Origin: Methanotrichaceae archaeon
GTDB lineage: Archaea; Halobacteriota; Methanosarcinia; Methanotrichales; Methanotrichaceae
Assembly: GCA_963813075.1 (NCBI GenBank)
Contig: CAWEXU010000013.1
Coordinates: 96,001-160,000, forward strand
DNA length: 64,000 nucleotides
Direction: 5' to 3'
In this document: piece by piece, positions 61,501 through 64,000 of the stretch
Numbering within the stretch: the stretch's first letter is position 1
Layout of the letters: the number at the start of each line of letters is the position of its first letter
Position numbers and translations under genes: made by a program
The notes under the pieces: model-generated
What the model was told of the DNA's origin: nothing
Databases searched by the model: none
The model's input: the letters and a program-made list of their open reading frames with translations, nothing else

Positions 61501-62196
61501 AGGCAGGTTGACCGCCTCAAGGAAATGGTAATCCTCTGGGACGTCGAAGTGAACCTTGCCAAAAACCACGTTCGGGGTAAAGCGGGCCTGCTGGGAAACA
61601 TCGATGATCATATCATCTTTGCCCAGCGGGTAGACGTTAAACGCAACGCTACTGGCGACAAACTCTTTGCTGCGGGTCAGCTCCTTGAATCGGGCCAGCG
61701 CATGGGTCAGGTCATACGACAGGTAGCCAGCCTGATCGCTGGCCAATGTGCCCAGTGGATAGGTGTACAGTGTTATTTTGTTCGGCTGCGAGCTGGTGGG
61801 AACCTGAAAATGATCCAGCCGGTCTTTGACGATGTCTCTGACCAGGCGTTTCTTATTTTCCTCGGTTTCGGAATTGACCCAATTTCCCTGGATTTTTTCG
61901 AGGATGTCAATATAAAATGCTCGCTTGTCTGGAATATTATTGAAATCCTCCTCTGTAACGCTGGCAGCAATGGCTTCATTAATCCACTGCAATAGATAGG
62001 TGCGGCTGGAATACCACTGGCGGATCGAAGATTCATTCTCCAAAAATTCGATCGGCTCGTCGATGTTGTACGGCGGCTCTTCGGTGGTGATACTGATTTC
62101 GGCGTAGATAGGGATGTTTTTCAGTAAAACGCTGGTGGTTTTGGTAAATAAAACCAGGCTCAGGTGGGTTTGCGTGAACTCCGCAATCGTGGGCAT
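58522..62196 (-). CDS. Large (~1224 aa) uncharacterised protein, probably horizontally acquired
   Basis: Uninterrupted ORF; ATG 62196 preceded by GGAGG; motifs YSLPLAPGE, VANHNHSHTLTILYYEVLRHY, RFWDWQTSPI, PDPTG. Confidence 0.85.
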   Translation of the reverse strand: MPTIAEFTQTHLSLVLFTKTTSVLLKNIPIYAEISITTEEPPYNIDEPIEFLENESSIRQWYSSRTYLLQWINEAIAASVTEEDFNNIPDKRAFYIDILEKIQGNWVNSETEENKKRLVRDIVKDRLDHFQVPTSSQPNKITLYTYPLGTLASDQAGYLSYDLTHALARFKELTRSKEFVASSVAFNVYPLGKDDMIIDVSQQARFTPNVVFGKVHFDVPEDYHFLEAVNLPSMQNPSLEDWYLSPGSFAVNPAFFIGVDGCENLYPANFATHEFRFFQILRGSKIIIPAETRDEESQVGNQVITKKILVKPEVRTGWSLEYLVSWQPLGHTLGQIIYSLPLAPGETRKMAVIDWARKSIDSRDEDLTVKEQLAHNTHRDRSVSETVDAALREWQRGGSFMGGVAGSYGGGGMGVSGALGGGYSTSSGDRNIHASTAQQISDAFAQASSAVRELRSTIVVQSDQQEQAKAETRVVANHNHSHTLTILYYEVLRHYKVTTQYMRFRPSLLVQYLPVDFLDTNIIYKYRKILESVLLDSRYAGCFDAVQKLVCFTLEFARKTAQAALQPDLNNVNELGPIKLVIKTKTATHGFPSVAVKTKSGERINCLEKDPLWASGFRLAHTDLSLPDFVDDGTTYLVSANYRQAGQENVFNVEPFRKVLWNDIDGIILRVNSQDKGSSSGPSEPWEIEGVQIMTTSGDKVWVMVRSTDVINIPVDAEHLFNLIPYREIPKDPADLLTEAERCCINDLKSHLSANAFHYQKALWLLEDPNERAYRFKDVVSSGTSILDMIDNRAIDVLGDYVVFPARKSFQENEDLNALQPIKVEKLMTLPTRGVFAEGKLGHCNISEEIDDTRFWDWQTSPITEEAPGIDNLNINESRNVSQNLTPTPMPASIVNIVAPQNLPDPTGMAGALNLLGKADIFRDMSVSKEVEDLLEKLADKSVDINQASNKAKEIQQQHKASKNANTPVVVSQPAQQQPSQKTISPAEAQQQIKVSENQAVKGTITKQDNNENVKKAIQQMQGGKAGSDVTVTINFKHSISGPLNGVFNIEFIGPIGDSFTTSTAGGVGAGKVNIQTGAEYTIQIKGTRTRLPLSLDTIARIPSVAGNPAFNIDLSNHVTKREVPIEANIVATITKGRKAINITIVAEEVAKDIKITVKVTGSGTLKADLEGQLGLNLDGLDLGHIKAGTAVETTVGGEAAVELPVEFKRLTGNVTAPKNDLAL

Positions 62197-62828
62197 ATAA
62201 GTTCCTCCATAGATATCGGTTGATTGAGGCTCTTCCAAAATTGCGTCATTTGACGTATTCAGACCACCATATGCAGTGGTTTCCCAAAGAATGTCACACA
62301 TGATGCGCAATTTTGCAACTGGCCCGTTTTTCCAATTTGTGTGATCACTTCCGTTGTCCGAACTTAGAGCAGACAGTTTTCTCTTGTCGAAGCCGAAGTT
62401 CGGCATGCTGCCGTAGTCCAAGCCTAAGCCGTCGTCTTTTTCCTAATTTCTTTTATTCCCTTTTCGCATGGCTATGGCGGTGGATGATCATTGTCAAACC
62501 CTCAGCGGCGCGGCGTCGCAGCATCTGCTGGAAGGTCTAGTGGGGATTCTGACCCTCAATACATCTACATTTGATACTATTCCATAGATTTAAAGCTATT
62601 TATAAGTATTTAAGAGGACTCCTATGAACCTACTTTCCTTAGCTATCGAAAAATTATATAATAATAAAACTATCCATTAAAATGAATTTGCTAACAGCTC
62701 GGGGCCTCCGAGATGCCCAGAGAGCTTCAGAAGTCCTGCAATAATAAAGTTAAATTTGATTGTCGGTATTTATAAGTAATATAAAAGCTATATAATGATT
62801 AATCAAGCAAAAGTTGTGGAGGCTACAT

Positions 62829-64000
62829 ATGACAAATACGGCAATCAAGCTCATGGGGCTGATTGTTCTCTTATCCTGCAGCTGCCAGTCGGCTTATGGC
62901 ATAAGCTTTGGGGCATCGAGCAATGGCGTATCGAACCAGTTCGATGTACAGGCTGATGAATCATCCAGCATCAGCGGAAGTATACTACTGGACAACATGG
63001 GATTGGAGACAGTCTTTTCTGGAAGCAATATCAAGAAGTTCAACCATACTTATGAGTATCCCGATTCAGAAGGGAATAAGGCTATTTTATCGGTTGACCT
63101 GGAGAAGGCAAAGAAAGTTCATCTCTCCGTTTCTCCAGCCGTGGGCTTTGCCGAAGCCTCTGAGACCTTGAGCGTAAAGGATGCAGATTTGATAAAGGCT
63201 GGATCACAAGCCATTACCTCAGAGGGCGATAGCGCTAAGGTGGAACTGAAAATTATTGAAGGATCTCTTCAGGGATACGAGAACTATGCCAATGCTAACC
63301 TGATAAACGACTTTGGCGATAGGGTATTTGTCGCCTGGCAGAGGGCAGATATTGCTTCTGGAGAGATGGTTGAATCCAGCTCACAGGCCGCTTATGGCCC
63401 AGAAGACTCTTCCCTTCCACCTGTATCCCAGGTAAATTCTAAGATGGTGGTGACAGACGGACAAATCAGTGATCTATTCAGTGAAGCGGGAAGACGTACG
63501 GCTTTCTATTCCTGGGATAATGAAAACAATAACGGGTTTAGTACCTATAATCAGATATATGCAAGCCAATCTGCAAGTGCCATAGGCGCAACCGCACGCA
63601 TGGGTAAAAAGCCCTCAACAATTGCGATGGTCTTTAAATCAGAGACTTCCTCCATTGATTCAGAGGGGAATACTGCAGGACTAAGAACATCAGTGCTGGA
63701 GGGGACCATTAACAATTACAGCATTGAGGCCTATGTAGGTTCGCAAGTACGCTCAATTTTGTCCTCTGATGGTTCCTACAGCAATCATGAACTCGATAAT
63801 TACACGTCTACATGGCAGAATACGGGCAATATATCTTCAAATGAATTCAAGACGCAAGTGATCGCTGCGGAAAAAGATAAAAATACCGCCATGCTGGAAA
63901 CATCTTTAATAAACGGTACAGTCAACGGTTACAGCAATGGAGCCGGTGCAGACTCAAGTTACCATTATAATTCTAACGGCTATTTTGAGGCCGCAAGAAA
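62829..64000 (+). CDS. Secreted Ser/Asn-rich surface protein, 5' part (runs off the window end)
   Basis: Manual translation MTNTAIKLMGLIVLLSCSCQSAYG... open to the window end; absent from the ORF track because it has no stop. Confidence 0.75.
   Translation, partial: MTNTAIKLMGLIVLLSCSCQSAYGISFGASSNGVSNQFDVQADESSSISGSILLDNMGLETVFSGSNIKKFNHTYEYPDSEGNKAILSVDLEKAKKVHLSVSPAVGFAEASETLSVKDADLIKAGSQAITSEGDSAKVELKIIEGSLQGYENYANANLINDFGDRVFVAWQRADIASGEMVESSSQAAYGPEDSSLPPVSQVNSKMVVTDGQISDLFSEAGRRTAFYSWDNENNNGFSTYNQIYASQSASAIGATARMGKKPSTIAMVFKSETSSIDSEGNTAGLRTSVLEGTINNYSIEAYVGSQVRSILSSDGSYSNHELDNYTSTWQNTGNISSNEFKTQVIAAEKDKNTAMLETSLINGTVNGYSNGAGADSSYHYNSNGYFEAAR

Noticed and set aside
62197..62421. N-terminal 75-aa extension of the 1299-aa ORF
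   Set aside because: TTG start without a clear RBS; ATG 62196 has a GGAGG RBS

Overview
Archaeal methanogen chromosome segment, most consistent with Methanothrix/Methanotrichaceae (inferred from gene content such as rps3ae, aTrm56, archaeal Hpt and geranylgeranyl reductase, and from GC-rich CDS with AT-rich intergenic DNA). Housekeeping genes: kdpA 5' end, rnz, msrAB, mscL, queC, hpt, mtnA/MTAP, rps3ae, RecJ-like DHH nuclease, tpiA-acylphosphatase-ferredoxin-GGR, hisHF, gdhA. There is also a metal/Fe-S cluster (ZupT, ferritin-like, NifX-like x2, MinD-ferredoxin x2, radical SAM, MBL hydrolase). Accessory DNA: (1) a standalone IS200/IS605 TnpB element with both end hairpins; (2) a decayed AT-rich island (~29.6-34.5 kb) with a tyrosine-integrase remnant, a DUF488-DUF488-dual-OB-like operon, and an HTH gene split by an IS1634 element lacking its right end; (3) a papain-like protease plus chagasin inhibitor pair; (4) a catalytically degenerate CHAT-STAND-TPR protein; (5) a ~1220-aa foreign-looking protein with possible pore-forming features. 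A ~90-nt structured RNA candidate precedes a DUF1328 gene. Many conserved genes carry single-base frameshifts, probably sequencing or assembly indels. No tRNA, rRNA or CRISPR array was recognised. Family names are from motif recognition, not database searches.
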